From an uncultured virus (IMG/VR IMGVR_UViG_3300030330_005280) (Duplodnaviria; Heunggongvirae; Uroviricota; Caudoviricetes), in IMG/VR virus record IMGVR_UViG_3300030330_005280, positions 1 to 64,000 of that record: a stretch of DNA of 64,000 nt; one strand, given 5' to 3'. Under the pieces are notes generated by a model, which did no database searches, was not told the origin of the DNA, and saw only the letters and a list, made by a program, of their open reading frames with translations. Position 1 is the first letter of the stretch. Every line of letters starts with the position of its first letter. Position numbers and translations under genes: made by a program. Of the stretch, positions 50,591 through 59,403 are shown in pieces.

Positions 50591-51340
50591 ATGGCATTAG
50601 ATCTACAAGCGATGCGAGAAAAACTAGAAGCATCAAAAAATGGTAATAAAAAATCCAGTGACACTAAATGGAAACCTGAACAAGGAGACCAGACAATTAG
50701 GATCTTACCCACAAAAGATGGTGACCCGTTTAAAGAGTATCACTTTCATTATAATGTTGGTAAAAATCCTGGGATTATGTGTCCAAAAAAGAACTTTAAT
50801 GAGGAATGTCCTATTTGTGATTTCGCATCAAAGTTATGGAAAGAAGGTGTTGAGAATAATGATGACGTTGCAAAACGTGAAGCTAAGAAACTATTTGTTC
50901 GAAAGCGTTATTACTCTCCCATCTTGGTTAGAGGAAGAGAATCAGAGGGAGTAAAAATCTGGGCTTATGGAAAACAAGCCTACGAAACTCTCCTTGGTTA
51001 TGTGTTAGATCCTGATTATGGTGACATCACTGACGTTGAGTCCGGTACTGATATTGTGTTAAATTACGATAGACCCGGAACTCCTGGTTCTTTTCCTAAA
51101 ACCACCCTTAAACCTCGTCGTCGTCCTTCTGTTCTCTGTGACGATGATATTGCTGACTGTGAATCTCTATTAGATTCAATACCTGATATCGGTTCACAGT
51201 TTGATCGTAAAACAACAGCAGATGTTCAAGCACTTTTGAATGAAGCTCTTTCTTCTGACTCTACAAGTGGTACCTCCGAAACACACAAATACGGTGAGAA
51301 AGATGCTGTTGATGCTGCCTTTGATAAATTGGGAGCATAA
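50591..51340 (+). CDS. Single-stranded DNA-binding protein (T4 gp32-like)
   Basis: IRILP, FHY, CP...CPIC zinc site, GDITD.ESGTD, acidic tail. Confidence 0.88.
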   Translation: MALDLQAMREKLEASKNGNKKSSDTKWKPEQGDQTIRILPTKDGDPFKEYHFHYNVGKNPGIMCPKKNFNEECPICDFASKLWKEGVENNDDVAKREAKKLFVRKRYYSPILVRGRESEGVKIWAYGKQAYETLLGYVLDPDYGDITDVESGTDIVLNYDRPGTPGSFPKTTLKPRRRPSVLCDDDIADCESLLDSIPDIGSQFDRKTTADVQALLNEALSSDSTSGTSETHKYGEKDAVDAAFDKLGA

Positions 51341-51397
51341 GAGAACACGGTTGCCCTCTCCGTCATGAGGGCATTTTAATCAAATAAAGGAGACAAA

Positions 51398-51529
51398 ATG
51401 ATTAATTTATTTTTAATAACTTTTCTCGCATGCGGTGATGATGAAGAAACAGACACTTCAAAATTAGAAGTTGAAAATCCTCAAGAAGAGGTTGTAGAAG
51501 AATCTACAGAAGAAGCACAAGAAGAATAA
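51398..51529 (+). CDS. 43-aa acidic lipoprotein (not in ORF track)
   Basis: AAGGAG RBS; MINLFLITFLA-C lipobox then Glu-rich tail. Confidence 0.7.
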   Translation: MINLFLITFLACGDDEETDTSKLEVENPQEEVVEESTEEAQEE

Positions 51530-51617
51530 TAAAATATCTCCTTGATATTTTTTACAGGTTTGGGAGTTTCCCTGTGTGATGAAAAGACTCCCATTTTTAA
51601 CAACAAGGGAATAAATA

Positions 51618-52733
51618 ATGGGTAAAGTATTACAAATGGCAAAAGCAGGAAAGATCTCGATAGCAGATCTTAAAAAATCAATGAATAAATCTATGGGCAT
51701 TGAAGCTGCACATGATTTAAGACAAGATAATCCAACAACTGTAAAGGATTGGATTCCAACAGGATCAAGATGGCTTGATTCAATGATATGCAAGGGAAGA
51801 ATGGCAGGAATACCTGTCGGCAAGATATCAGAAATTGCTGGGTTATCATCAGTGGGTAAATCTTATCTTGCTGTTCAAATAGCAGCTCAAGCACAAAAGC
51901 AAGGTAAGTTTGTAATTTATTACGATGCAGAATCAGCAATAGATCCACAGTTCTTAAAAGATTCAGGTATAGACATAAATAATAATTTTCTTTATGTTCA
52001 AGCTGTTTCTTGCGAAAAGACTTTAAAGGCTATTGAAGATACAATGAGTAATTACGAAGGAATGCAATTCCTTTTTGTTTGGGATTCAATAGCCTTGACA
52101 CCAACAGAAAGTGACATTGAAGGTGACTTCAATCCAAACTCTTCTATCTCAGTAAAAGCTAGAGTACTTTCTAAAGGATTTCAAAAATTAACAGTCCCAT
52201 TAGCTAACGGACAACATACTTTGCTCCTTATAAATCAACTTAAAACCAATATTACTTCAAATATAGCTGAGGCTCGTCTGAAACCATACACAACACCAGG
52301 TGGCTTAACAATTGAATATGTAAGTTCACTTCGTATCTGGCTTACAGGTCGTAAATCAAAAGCTTCTTTTGTGTATGATGAATCTGGGAGAAGAGTTGGT
52401 TCCGAGGTTAAAGCAAAAATTGTTAAATCTCGTTTTGGAACGCAAGACAGAATAGCAGTGTTTCAAATTCGTTGGGGCGACAAGATTGGCATCATGGACG
52501 AAGAGTCTTGGATTGAAGTGATAAAAAAATCTGACACTTATCGTGTTGGTGGAGGCTGGTGTTATGTAAAAGATAAACAAGGAATAGAGCACAAGTTTCG
52601 ACAATCAGAATGGATGGATAAGTTAGAAGATAAGAAATTTAAACAAATGGTTATTGATATAATGGATGAAGAATTAATACACAAATTTGAGTCAACTGGT
52701 TCTAATATAGTTCCAGATGGTATAGACGATTAA
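51618..52733 (+). CDS. uvsX: RecA/UvsX recombinase
   Basis: IPTGS..LD, Walker A GLSSVGKS, YDAE, WDS, INQL, TTPGG. Confidence 0.93.
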   Translation: MGKVLQMAKAGKISIADLKKSMNKSMGIEAAHDLRQDNPTTVKDWIPTGSRWLDSMICKGRMAGIPVGKISEIAGLSSVGKSYLAVQIAAQAQKQGKFVIYYDAESAIDPQFLKDSGIDINNNFLYVQAVSCEKTLKAIEDTMSNYEGMQFLFVWDSIALTPTESDIEGDFNPNSSISVKARVLSKGFQKLTVPLANGQHTLLLINQLKTNITSNIAEARLKPYTTPGGLTIEYVSSLRIWLTGRKSKASFVYDESGRRVGSEVKAKIVKSRFGTQDRIAVFQIRWGDKIGIMDEESWIEVIKKSDTYRVGGGWCYVKDKQGIEHKFRQSEWMDKLEDKKFKQMVIDIMDEELIHKFESTGSNIVPDGIDD

Positions 52734-52754
52734 CATAACGATACTCCTGTTGTT

Positions 52755-52790
52755 GAGCCCCTAACATGTGTTAGGGGTTTTTTTTGTTTT
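52755..52790 (+). terminator. Intrinsic terminator
   Basis: CCCCTAAC/GTTAGGGG stem and long T-run. Confidence 0.85.
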
Positions 52791-52796
52791 ATTTTC

Positions 52797-52825
52797 TTGA
52801 CAAAAATAAGATAACATGTTATACT
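52797..52825 (+). promoter_or_regulatory. sigma70-type promoter
   Basis: TTGACA-17-TATACT with extended TG. Confidence 0.8.
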
Positions 52826-52855
52826 ATTAGTATCTATAAAACAACGGAGGATATT

Positions 52856-52948
52856 ATGGATTATACTTATTTATGGTTATTATTTGGCTTGGTGTTCATT
52901 GTAATGCCTTGCATAGGCTCTTGGGCAATTCACCAAGATTGGAGGTAG
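52856..52948 (+). CDS. 30-aa single-TM peptide (not in ORF track)
   Basis: GGAGG RBS; MDYTYLWLLFGLVFIVMPCIGSWAIHQDWR. Confidence 0.6.
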   Translation: MDYTYLWLLFGLVFIVMPCIGSWAIHQDWR

Positions 52949-52949
52949 A

Positions 52950-53892
52950 ATGAAGAAACTACTAATAATTGATGGGTTAAATATGTTTCTTAGAAACTAT
53001 ATTGTTAACCCAGCCCTTGCTCCTGATGGACACCCTATTGGGGGCTGTATAGGCTTTCTCAAGAGCCTTCAAAAGGTTTGTGGTATGTTTAGTCCTGATG
53101 AGATTATAATCGCGTGGGATGGCCATTCTGGCTCCTCTAAACGCAAACAAATGAACAAAGGATATAAAGAAGGCCGCAAACCTGTTAGGTTTAACAGACG
53201 TATGGTCGAGTTAAATGAATCAGAACAAAAAATTAATAAAGCAGAACAATATGTNNNNNNNNNNAAATGAAACACCTACAATTCAAATCGTTGTGGACTA
53301 TGTGGAAGCCGATGATATTATCGCTTATGCTGTTGGACACGATAAATATAGAGAATGGGATAAATATATTATCTCAAGCGACAGAGACTTTTTCCAGTTG
53401 CTCGGAGACGGAGTGTACTTGTACAGACCAATCCAAAAAAAGTTGGTGGATAAGTCTAGTCTTATGGATGAACACGGTATTCATCCCAATAATTTTGCCC
53501 TTGCTAGAGCCATTGCAGGAGATAAGTCAGATAACTTACCAGGCATACCTAGGGCTGGGCTTAAAACAATTAAAAATCGTTTTCCTTTTATGGGCAACGA
53601 AGAAGTTCAAACTGTTGAATCGCTTGCAGAACATTGTAGAAACGTGGACAAACCGGTTAAACTTCACACAAACATACTTGCTGGGTTGGATCTTATAGAG
53701 AACAACTATGATATTATGCAGCTATATAAACCAGTAATATCAAACGTGTCAAAACAACAAGTAGAGTTTGCAATAAAACACTTTGAACCTGAGTGGAATA
53801 AAATTCAATTTCAAAAGTTTTTAATGTCTGACGGTCAGATTACAATAAATTTTGATAAACTATTTGCAAACTTTAATAAAATTATTTCTTGA
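52950..53892 (+). CDS. 5'-3' exonuclease / T4 RNase H-like flap nuclease, split by an assembly gap
   Basis: LIIDGLN, AWDG, YKEGR before the N-run; EADD, SSDRDFFQ, GDKSDNLPG after it. Confidence 0.9.
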
Positions 53893-53916
53893 CATTTACA
53901 AATTTTAGGTTATACT
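53889..53916 (+). promoter_or_regulatory. sigma70-type promoter upstream of helicase
   Basis: TTGACA-16-TATACT. Confidence 0.55.
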
Positions 53917-53938
53917 TATTAAACATTCGGAGGCTAAT

Positions 53939-55291
53939 ATGAATAAGGATAAAGATACTTTTGTCGGTTATGGCAAGAAGTTTCAAGAAAGCGTTGCAAT
54001 ATTAATGATGGAAGATAGACCATTTTGTGACCAAATAGAAGAGATACTGGAAATTGATTTTTTTGATAGCTCTTATCTTAGAGGTTTTGTTGAGATGGTG
54101 TTACAATATCGAAAAGATTACAACCAACACCCACATCTTGTAACAATTGAAACAGAGATAAAAAAAGGCACTAGATTTGATGGTGCTACAAACAAGTTAT
54201 TAATAAACTTTGTTAATAGAATAAAAACTGAAGATGTAGTTGACAGACAATATGTTAAAGATCAAGCTGTAGACTTTTGTAAAAAACAATGTTTAAAGAA
54301 AGCCATACTTGAGTCTGCTACTTTAGTTAAAAAAGGTCAATATGATTCAATAACAAAAATTATTAATGAAGCCCTTTCAAAAGGAAACGATCAAAACTTT
54401 GGTCATGACTGGTTTATGGATTTAGACCAACGATATGTGAAGAAGTCTAGAAAACCTATTACAACAGGCTGGCAGCGTATTGACGAAATAACAAAAGGTG
54501 GTGTTGGTGCAAAAGAACTAGCCGTTGTTATCGCTCCAACCGGTGCGGGTAAATCTATGGTTTTGGTTCATCTTGGAGCCCAAGCTCTTAAACTCGGCAA
54601 GAAAGTTGTACACTATACCTTAGAACTCGCAGATACTGTTGTTGGTATTAGATATGATTCGTGTCTTGCTAAGGTAGATCTCCGTGATATTATGGATTCT
54701 AAAGAAATTGTTAAAGAAAGAATTCAAGATGTTTCAGGTAAACTAATTATCAAAGAATATCCAACCAAGTCTGCTTCAACTAAATCTTTGAAGAATCACT
54801 TGGAGAAGTTAAGAAAGCAAAATATCATGCCTGATGTTGTGATTGTTGATTATGCTGACTTGCTTCGACCTGTGTCTCACGGAGCAGAAAAAAGACATGA
54901 CTTGGAAGGTATCTATGAAGAACTTAGAGGTATGGCTACGGAATTCAACTGTGCCTTTATTACAGCGTCTCAAACAAACCGTGGAGGTCTTAATGCTGAA
55001 GTTATCACAATGGAGTCCATATCAGAAGCTTTTAACAAATGCTTTGTTGCTGACTTTATTTTTTCATTATCGAGAACTCCGCAAGATAAGCAAGCTAATT
55101 CGGGGCGTATATTTATTGCTAAAAACAGAAACGGACCAGATGGATTGGTGTTCCCTGCTGCTGTTGATTGGGCAACTGTTTCAATAGATGTATTAGAAAG
55201 AAGAGGTGATGAAGAGCCTCCACAACTGACTGCGAAAGATCAATTGTCAAATCTTCAAAAGTATTATACAAAACTATCAGGATCAAAATAA
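53939..55291 (+). CDS. Replicative DnaB-like helicase (T4 gp41-like)
   Basis: APTGAGKS, YTLE, IKEYP, VDYADL, TASQTNR, AKNRNG. Confidence 0.95.
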   Translation: MNKDKDTFVGYGKKFQESVAILMMEDRPFCDQIEEILEIDFFDSSYLRGFVEMVLQYRKDYNQHPHLVTIETEIKKGTRFDGATNKLLINFVNRIKTEDVVDRQYVKDQAVDFCKKQCLKKAILESATLVKKGQYDSITKIINEALSKGNDQNFGHDWFMDLDQRYVKKSRKPITTGWQRIDEITKGGVGAKELAVVIAPTGAGKSMVLVHLGAQALKLGKKVVHYTLELADTVVGIRYDSCLAKVDLRDIMDSKEIVKERIQDVSGKLIIKEYPTKSASTKSLKNHLEKLRKQNIMPDVVIVDYADLLRPVSHGAEKRHDLEGIYEELRGMATEFNCAFITASQTNRGGLNAEVITMESISEAFNKCFVADFIFSLSRTPQDKQANSGRIFIAKNRNGPDGLVFPAAVDWATVSIDVLERRGDEEPPQLTAKDQLSNLQKYYTKLSGSK

Positions 55292-55302
55292 AGGAGTACA
55301 AG

Positions 55303-57159
55303 ATGGCTATAGAAAACGAAATACTATCGGACATAACTGTCCATATGAAATACGCTCGTTACATTCCCGACGAGCAGCGAAGAGAAAATTGGGAAGAATT
55401 GGTTACAAGAAATAAAAATATGCACTTAAAAAAGTTTCCTCACTTAGAGCAAACAATTGAGTGGGCTTATGGATATGTTTACAATAAAAAGGTTTTACCA
55501 TCCATGAGAAGTATGCAGTTTGGTGGTAAGCCCATTGATGTATCTCCTAATAGAATATTTAATTGTGCTTATGCGCCAATTGATCATATGAAAGTATTTG
55601 GTGAAATCATGTTCCTCCTTCTTGGTGGAACTGGGGTTGGATATTCTGTACAAAACCATCACGTTGAAAAACTTCCTGCAATACACAAACCATCAGGAAA
55701 AAGAACAAGACGCTATCTTATTGGTGATTCTATAGAGGGTTGGTCTGATTCTGTAAATGCTTTAATGAAAGCTTATTTTACAGGTGGATCAAAACTACGA
55801 TTTGATTTTTCAGATATACGCCCCAAGGGCGCAAGACTAGTTACTAGTGGAGGCAAAGCTCCTGGTCCACAACCATTAAAGGAGTGTCTAATCAAGATAC
55901 AAGGAATTTTAGATGAAAAAGAAAACGGTGATCAACTCACCACACTTGAAGTCCATGACATTATCTGTCACATCGCAGACGCTGTATTGGCCGGTGGTAT
56001 TCGTAGGGCTGCTCTCATTAGCTTATTTAGTACTACTGATCATCATATGCTCAGCGCTAAATCAGGAAACTGGTGGGAAACAAATCCTCAACGTGGAAGA
56101 GCAAACAACTCAGTAGTTATAATGAGACACAGGATTGACAAAGAAACATTTCTTAACCTGTGGGATCGTGTAAAGGCTAGTGGAGCTGGAGAACCTGGGT
56201 TCTATTTTACAAACGACAAAGACTATGGTTGCAATCCTTGTTGTGAGATTTCTCTTAGACCATTTCAGTTCTGTAACTTGACTGAGATCAACGTTTCAGA
56301 CATTGAAACACAAGAAGACTTAAATGACAGAGCTAAAGCTGCTTCGGTTATAGGAACTCTTCAAGCAGCCTACACAGATTTCCACTATCTTCGTCCTATA
56401 TGGAAGAGAAATACAGAAAAAGATTATCTTATTGGTGTGTCCATGACAGGCATAGCTTCAGGCAAAGTGTTAGAACTAGATATGAAATTAGCTGCCAATA
56501 ATGTCAAAATGGCTAATTCTGAAATTGCTTTGAGAATTGGAATTGGACCAGCTTCACGTTGCACAACAGTTAAACCAGCAGGAACAACTTCATTAACACT
56601 TGGGACATCAAGTGGTATTCATGCGTGGCATAACGACTATTATCTACGCAGAATCCGCGTAGGAAAGAATGAATCAATTTATCACTATCTTCAAATAAAT
56701 CATCCAGAATTGGTCGAGGATGAGTTTTTCAGACCTCATGATACTGCTGTGATCTCTGTACCACAGAAAGCACCTGAAGGGTCAATTACTCGTCATGAAT
56801 CAGCATTGGATCTCTTGGAGAGAGTAAAGAAAGTCCATCTTGAATGGGTAAAGACAGGACATAGAAAAGGACAAAACACTAACAATGTGTCTGCTACTAT
56901 TACTATCAAACCTGACGAGTGGCAAGAGGTTGGAGAATGGATGTGGGAGAATAAGAGAAACTATAATGGTTTGTCTGTACTTCCTTATTCAGATCACTCT
57001 TACAAGCAAGCTCCTTTTGAGGACTGCACTAAAGAAGAATATGAAGCTTTATTGCCTTCTTTGAAAGTAGTTAACTTGGACAAAGTTATCGAAATCGATG
57101 ACAACACAAACCTTACAGGCGAACTGGCGTGTGCCGGCGGTGCTTGTGAAATTAACTAA
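55303..57159 (+). CDS. nrdJ: Class II (B12-dependent) ribonucleotide reductase
   Basis: FNC, GTGVG, RRAA, NPCCEI, CNLTE, TVKPAGT, C-terminal CAGGAC; no nrdB adjacent. Confidence 0.9.
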   Translation: MAIENEILSDITVHMKYARYIPDEQRRENWEELVTRNKNMHLKKFPHLEQTIEWAYGYVYNKKVLPSMRSMQFGGKPIDVSPNRIFNCAYAPIDHMKVFGEIMFLLLGGTGVGYSVQNHHVEKLPAIHKPSGKRTRRYLIGDSIEGWSDSVNALMKAYFTGGSKLRFDFSDIRPKGARLVTSGGKAPGPQPLKECLIKIQGILDEKENGDQLTTLEVHDIICHIADAVLAGGIRRAALISLFSTTDHHMLSAKSGNWWETNPQRGRANNSVVIMRHRIDKETFLNLWDRVKASGAGEPGFYFTNDKDYGCNPCCEISLRPFQFCNLTEINVSDIETQEDLNDRAKAASVIGTLQAAYTDFHYLRPIWKRNTEKDYLIGVSMTGIASGKVLELDMKLAANNVKMANSEIALRIGIGPASRCTTVKPAGTTSLTLGTSSGIHAWHNDYYLRRIRVGKNESIYHYLQINHPELVEDEFFRPHDTAVISVPQKAPEGSITRHESALDLLERVKKVHLEWVKTGHRKGQNTNNVSATITIKPDEWQEVGEWMWENKRNYNGLSVLPYSDHSYKQAPFEDCTKEEYEALLPSLKVVNLDKVIEIDDNTNLTGELACAGGACEIN

Positions 57160-57170
57160 ATGGAGAAAAC

Positions 57171-57356
57171 ATGAAACAAAAACTAGAACAACTAATCGAA
57201 GGGCTTCAAGCCATTCTTGAGGACGTAGAAAAAGTGGATGAAAAGTCCTATGGTTACAAAGCAGCTGCTGTCCGTGCCAGAAAGACTCTTCATGAAGCAA
57301 GAGGTCAGTTCCAAGAACTTCGTAAGGAAATTCAAGCTAAAAAAAATGAAGAATAA
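57171..57356 (+). CDS. Hc1-like small nucleoid-associated protein
   Basis: GYKAAAVRARK..LRKEI resembles the Hc1 N-terminal GNKAA..RARK motif. Confidence 0.6.
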   Translation: MKQKLEQLIEGLQAILEDVEKVDEKSYGYKAAAVRARKTLHEARGQFQELRKEIQAKKNEE

Positions 57357-57357
57357 C

Positions 57358-57386
57358 TTGACAATTGTTTAATTGTGTGTTATAAT
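57358..57386 (+). promoter_or_regulatory. sigma70-type promoter
   Basis: TTGACA-17-TATAAT with extended TG. Confidence 0.85.
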
Positions 57387-57475
57387 ATAATTACGCTGTC
57401 CGACTTGTATAGGTGTTGGATAGAACTTGTGGCAACTCTTCTTTGCGTGACAAGTTTTATTTTATTGGAGGTTAA

Positions 57476-57763
57476 ATGTTTACACATGTTTATAACAGAC
57501 ACGTTCTTGTCGAACTTGTCGATGAAGAAGAAGAAAAGCAAGAGTCTCTTATTGCTTTGCCACAAGATTATAAAAAACGAGAGTCCCCATATTTGGTTGT
57601 CAAGGTTCTTGATAAAGCAGAGGACTGTAACACCTTTGTAGAAGTCTGTGATAAAGTTGTTATCGAACGTAGGATGTTAGTTGAAATAGAAATTAAAGGT
57701 AAAAAGAACTATTTAGTTTTAGAAAATTACATCTACGGGAGAATAGAAGATGAAGCTTACTAA
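57476..57763 (+). CDS. GroES/Cpn10-like co-chaperonin
   Basis: 95 aa; NRHVLVE..SLIALP..V.VCDKVV..EIKGKKNYLVLE.YIYG follows the GroES pattern; GGAGG RBS. Confidence 0.7.
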   Translation: MFTHVYNRHVLVELVDEEEEKQESLIALPQDYKKRESPYLVVKVLDKAEDCNTFVEVCDKVVIERRMLVEIEIKGKKNYLVLENYIYGRIEDEAY

Positions 57764-58436
57764 ACAATTATTAAAAGAAATGATTCTTAAAGAAATGAAG
57801 GGTCTTTCGTCTGCTCAAATAGAGCAAGAAGTCAAAAAACATATAATGCAAATACAAGATCCGGACGGAGTTAAGAACATTGCTTTCATTACAGCTCATG
57901 AACCACCTGGTGGCGGTAAAAACTTTCAATGGGATAACGATGAGATGCAATTTCATTTGAAATCGATGTTAAAAAGAAGAGGATACACAGAATTCTATCC
58001 AATAATTGGAAACTACGGTGGTCAACTTGAAGGTTCGCTTATGGTAGTCGAAAGAAACCAAGACCAATCTGAATTTCTTGACCAAATGGTTTCTATGGGA
58101 AAACAATTTAACCAAGATGCTGTAATAGTTGGTACAAAACAACAATCAATGCAAATGGCAACAGACGCTGAGGGTAAACTCTTACCAGGACCAGCTTATC
58201 ATATGGATTTTGAAATGATAAACCTACACCCAACAAAAACAGGTAGTCCAAATATGAATTTTAGACAACAAAGCATTTATGACGAAAGAGATCAAGTTCA
58301 ATACGGACAAGCTGTTCAAAATAGAACAACTGACTTTTCTCAAGCAGGGAATTTTAAGTTTGTTATCCCTTTCTTTTCATCAGCTCCAGCAGATCAAAAT
58401 AAATTTAGAGCAAATGTTAGAAACGTCGGAGAATAA
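57750..58436 (+). CDS. Leader-bearing DUF3293/SAM-lyase-like protein
   Basis: MKLTKQLLKEMILKE leader; AFITA.EP, GNYGGQLEGS, GKQFNQDAVI. Confidence 0.5.
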   Translation: MKLTKQLLKEMILKEMKGLSSAQIEQEVKKHIMQIQDPDGVKNIAFITAHEPPGGGKNFQWDNDEMQFHLKSMLKRRGYTEFYPIIGNYGGQLEGSLMVVERNQDQSEFLDQMVSMGKQFNQDAVIVGTKQQSMQMATDAEGKLLPGPAYHMDFEMINLHPTKTGSPNMNFRQQSIYDERDQVQYGQAVQNRTTDFSQAGNFKFVIPFFSSAPADQNKFRANVRNVGE

Positions 58437-59138
58437 ATGCCATATAATAAAACAATACCCTTATACAATGATAATATCGGGTCTGTCTCTTATGTGGAGC
58501 ATATGGGGAGCGATCTTACTGTGGTTAATTCAGCAAGAGTCTCCTTTGGTGTGGAGAAAACTGATCTGGACGATAGAGACAGAAAACTTATTAATTACCT
58601 TATTAAACACAGACATACATCAACTCTCGAGCACAATGTTGTTACTTTCAAGTTTGTCGTGCCTTTATTTATTCGTTCACAACACCATCGCCATAGGACT
58701 TGGTCTTATAATGAAATCAGTAGAAGGTATACAGACAAGGATTTACAATTCTATTTACCAAAAAGTTTTAGGACACAACACAAATCTAACAGACAAGCAT
58801 CAAATCCAGACGACCTACAAGATCCATTAGCCTACAAAGACTTTTCTATGGTCACCTGTTCAGAAATTTTATACAACAGAACACAAGATTGTCTTCATGC
58901 ATACGAAGTTATGTTGGAAGCTGGTGTATGTAGAGAGCAAGCAAGAATGATTCTTCCACAGAATCTTTATACTGAATATTACGGTACAGTAAACTTGAAT
59001 AATCTTTTAAAATTTATAAGTCTTAGAACACATGACGGTGCACAATGGGAAATTCAAAAGGTAGCAGAAGCTTGTTTAGAAATCGCAAGTGATTTATGGC
59101 CCACAACGGTTAAGGCATACAGAACTTTAATAAACTAG
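58437..59138 (+). CDS. thyX: Flavin-dependent thymidylate synthase
   Basis: SARVS, HTSTLEH, QHHRHRTWSYNEISRRY, EQARMILP, AQWEI. Confidence 0.96.
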   Translation: MPYNKTIPLYNDNIGSVSYVEHMGSDLTVVNSARVSFGVEKTDLDDRDRKLINYLIKHRHTSTLEHNVVTFKFVVPLFIRSQHHRHRTWSYNEISRRYTDKDLQFYLPKSFRTQHKSNRQASNPDDLQDPLAYKDFSMVTCSEILYNRTQDCLHAYEVMLEAGVCREQARMILPQNLYTEYYGTVNLNNLLKFISLRTHDGAQWEIQKVAEACLEIASDLWPTTVKAYRTLIN

Positions 59139-59145
59139 TTACTAC

Positions 59146-59403
59146 ATGAAGACCGAAAAGCCAACAACAATTCCTTTATATTCCATTGGCGATCTTGTTA
59201 TGATTAGAGGTTTTGGTTTGTTACTTTTGAATTCGGAACAACCAATAGGAATAGTAACTAGAGGACCATACTCATACAGAGCAGTGGAATCATACCACGA
59301 CTTAGTTTATTTCGAATGGTGGTGTTATGATATTTTAGTAGGTTCTGAACTAGTTAGAATGTTACCAGAGAACTTTTTATTAGAGGTTAAAAAAGATGAA
59401 TAG
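59146..59403 (+). CDS. Small hypothetical protein
   Basis: 85 aa, IGDLV..GIV pattern; CTAGTTA 5 nt upstream. Confidence 0.6.
   Translation: MKTEKPTTIPLYSIGDLVMIRGFGLLLLNSEQPIGIVTRGPYSYRAVESYHDLVYFEWWCYDILVGSELVRMLPENFLLEVKKDE

Larger units (their letters stand above)
1610..59141 (+). promoter_or_regulatory. Dispersed CTA(T/A/G)TTA motif, putative phage late promoter
   Basis: At 1610, 1626, 2612, 7830, 13359, 14002, 20094, 21602, 22319, 25407, 27205, 27509, 30141, 34107, 35437, 36493, 57709, 59135, mostly 20-70 nt before virion gene starts. Confidence 0.75.

Noticed and set aside
53215..53275. Apparent frameshift or split of the 5'-3' exonuclease
   Set aside because: The break coincides with a 10-N scaffold gap, so it is an assembly artefact.
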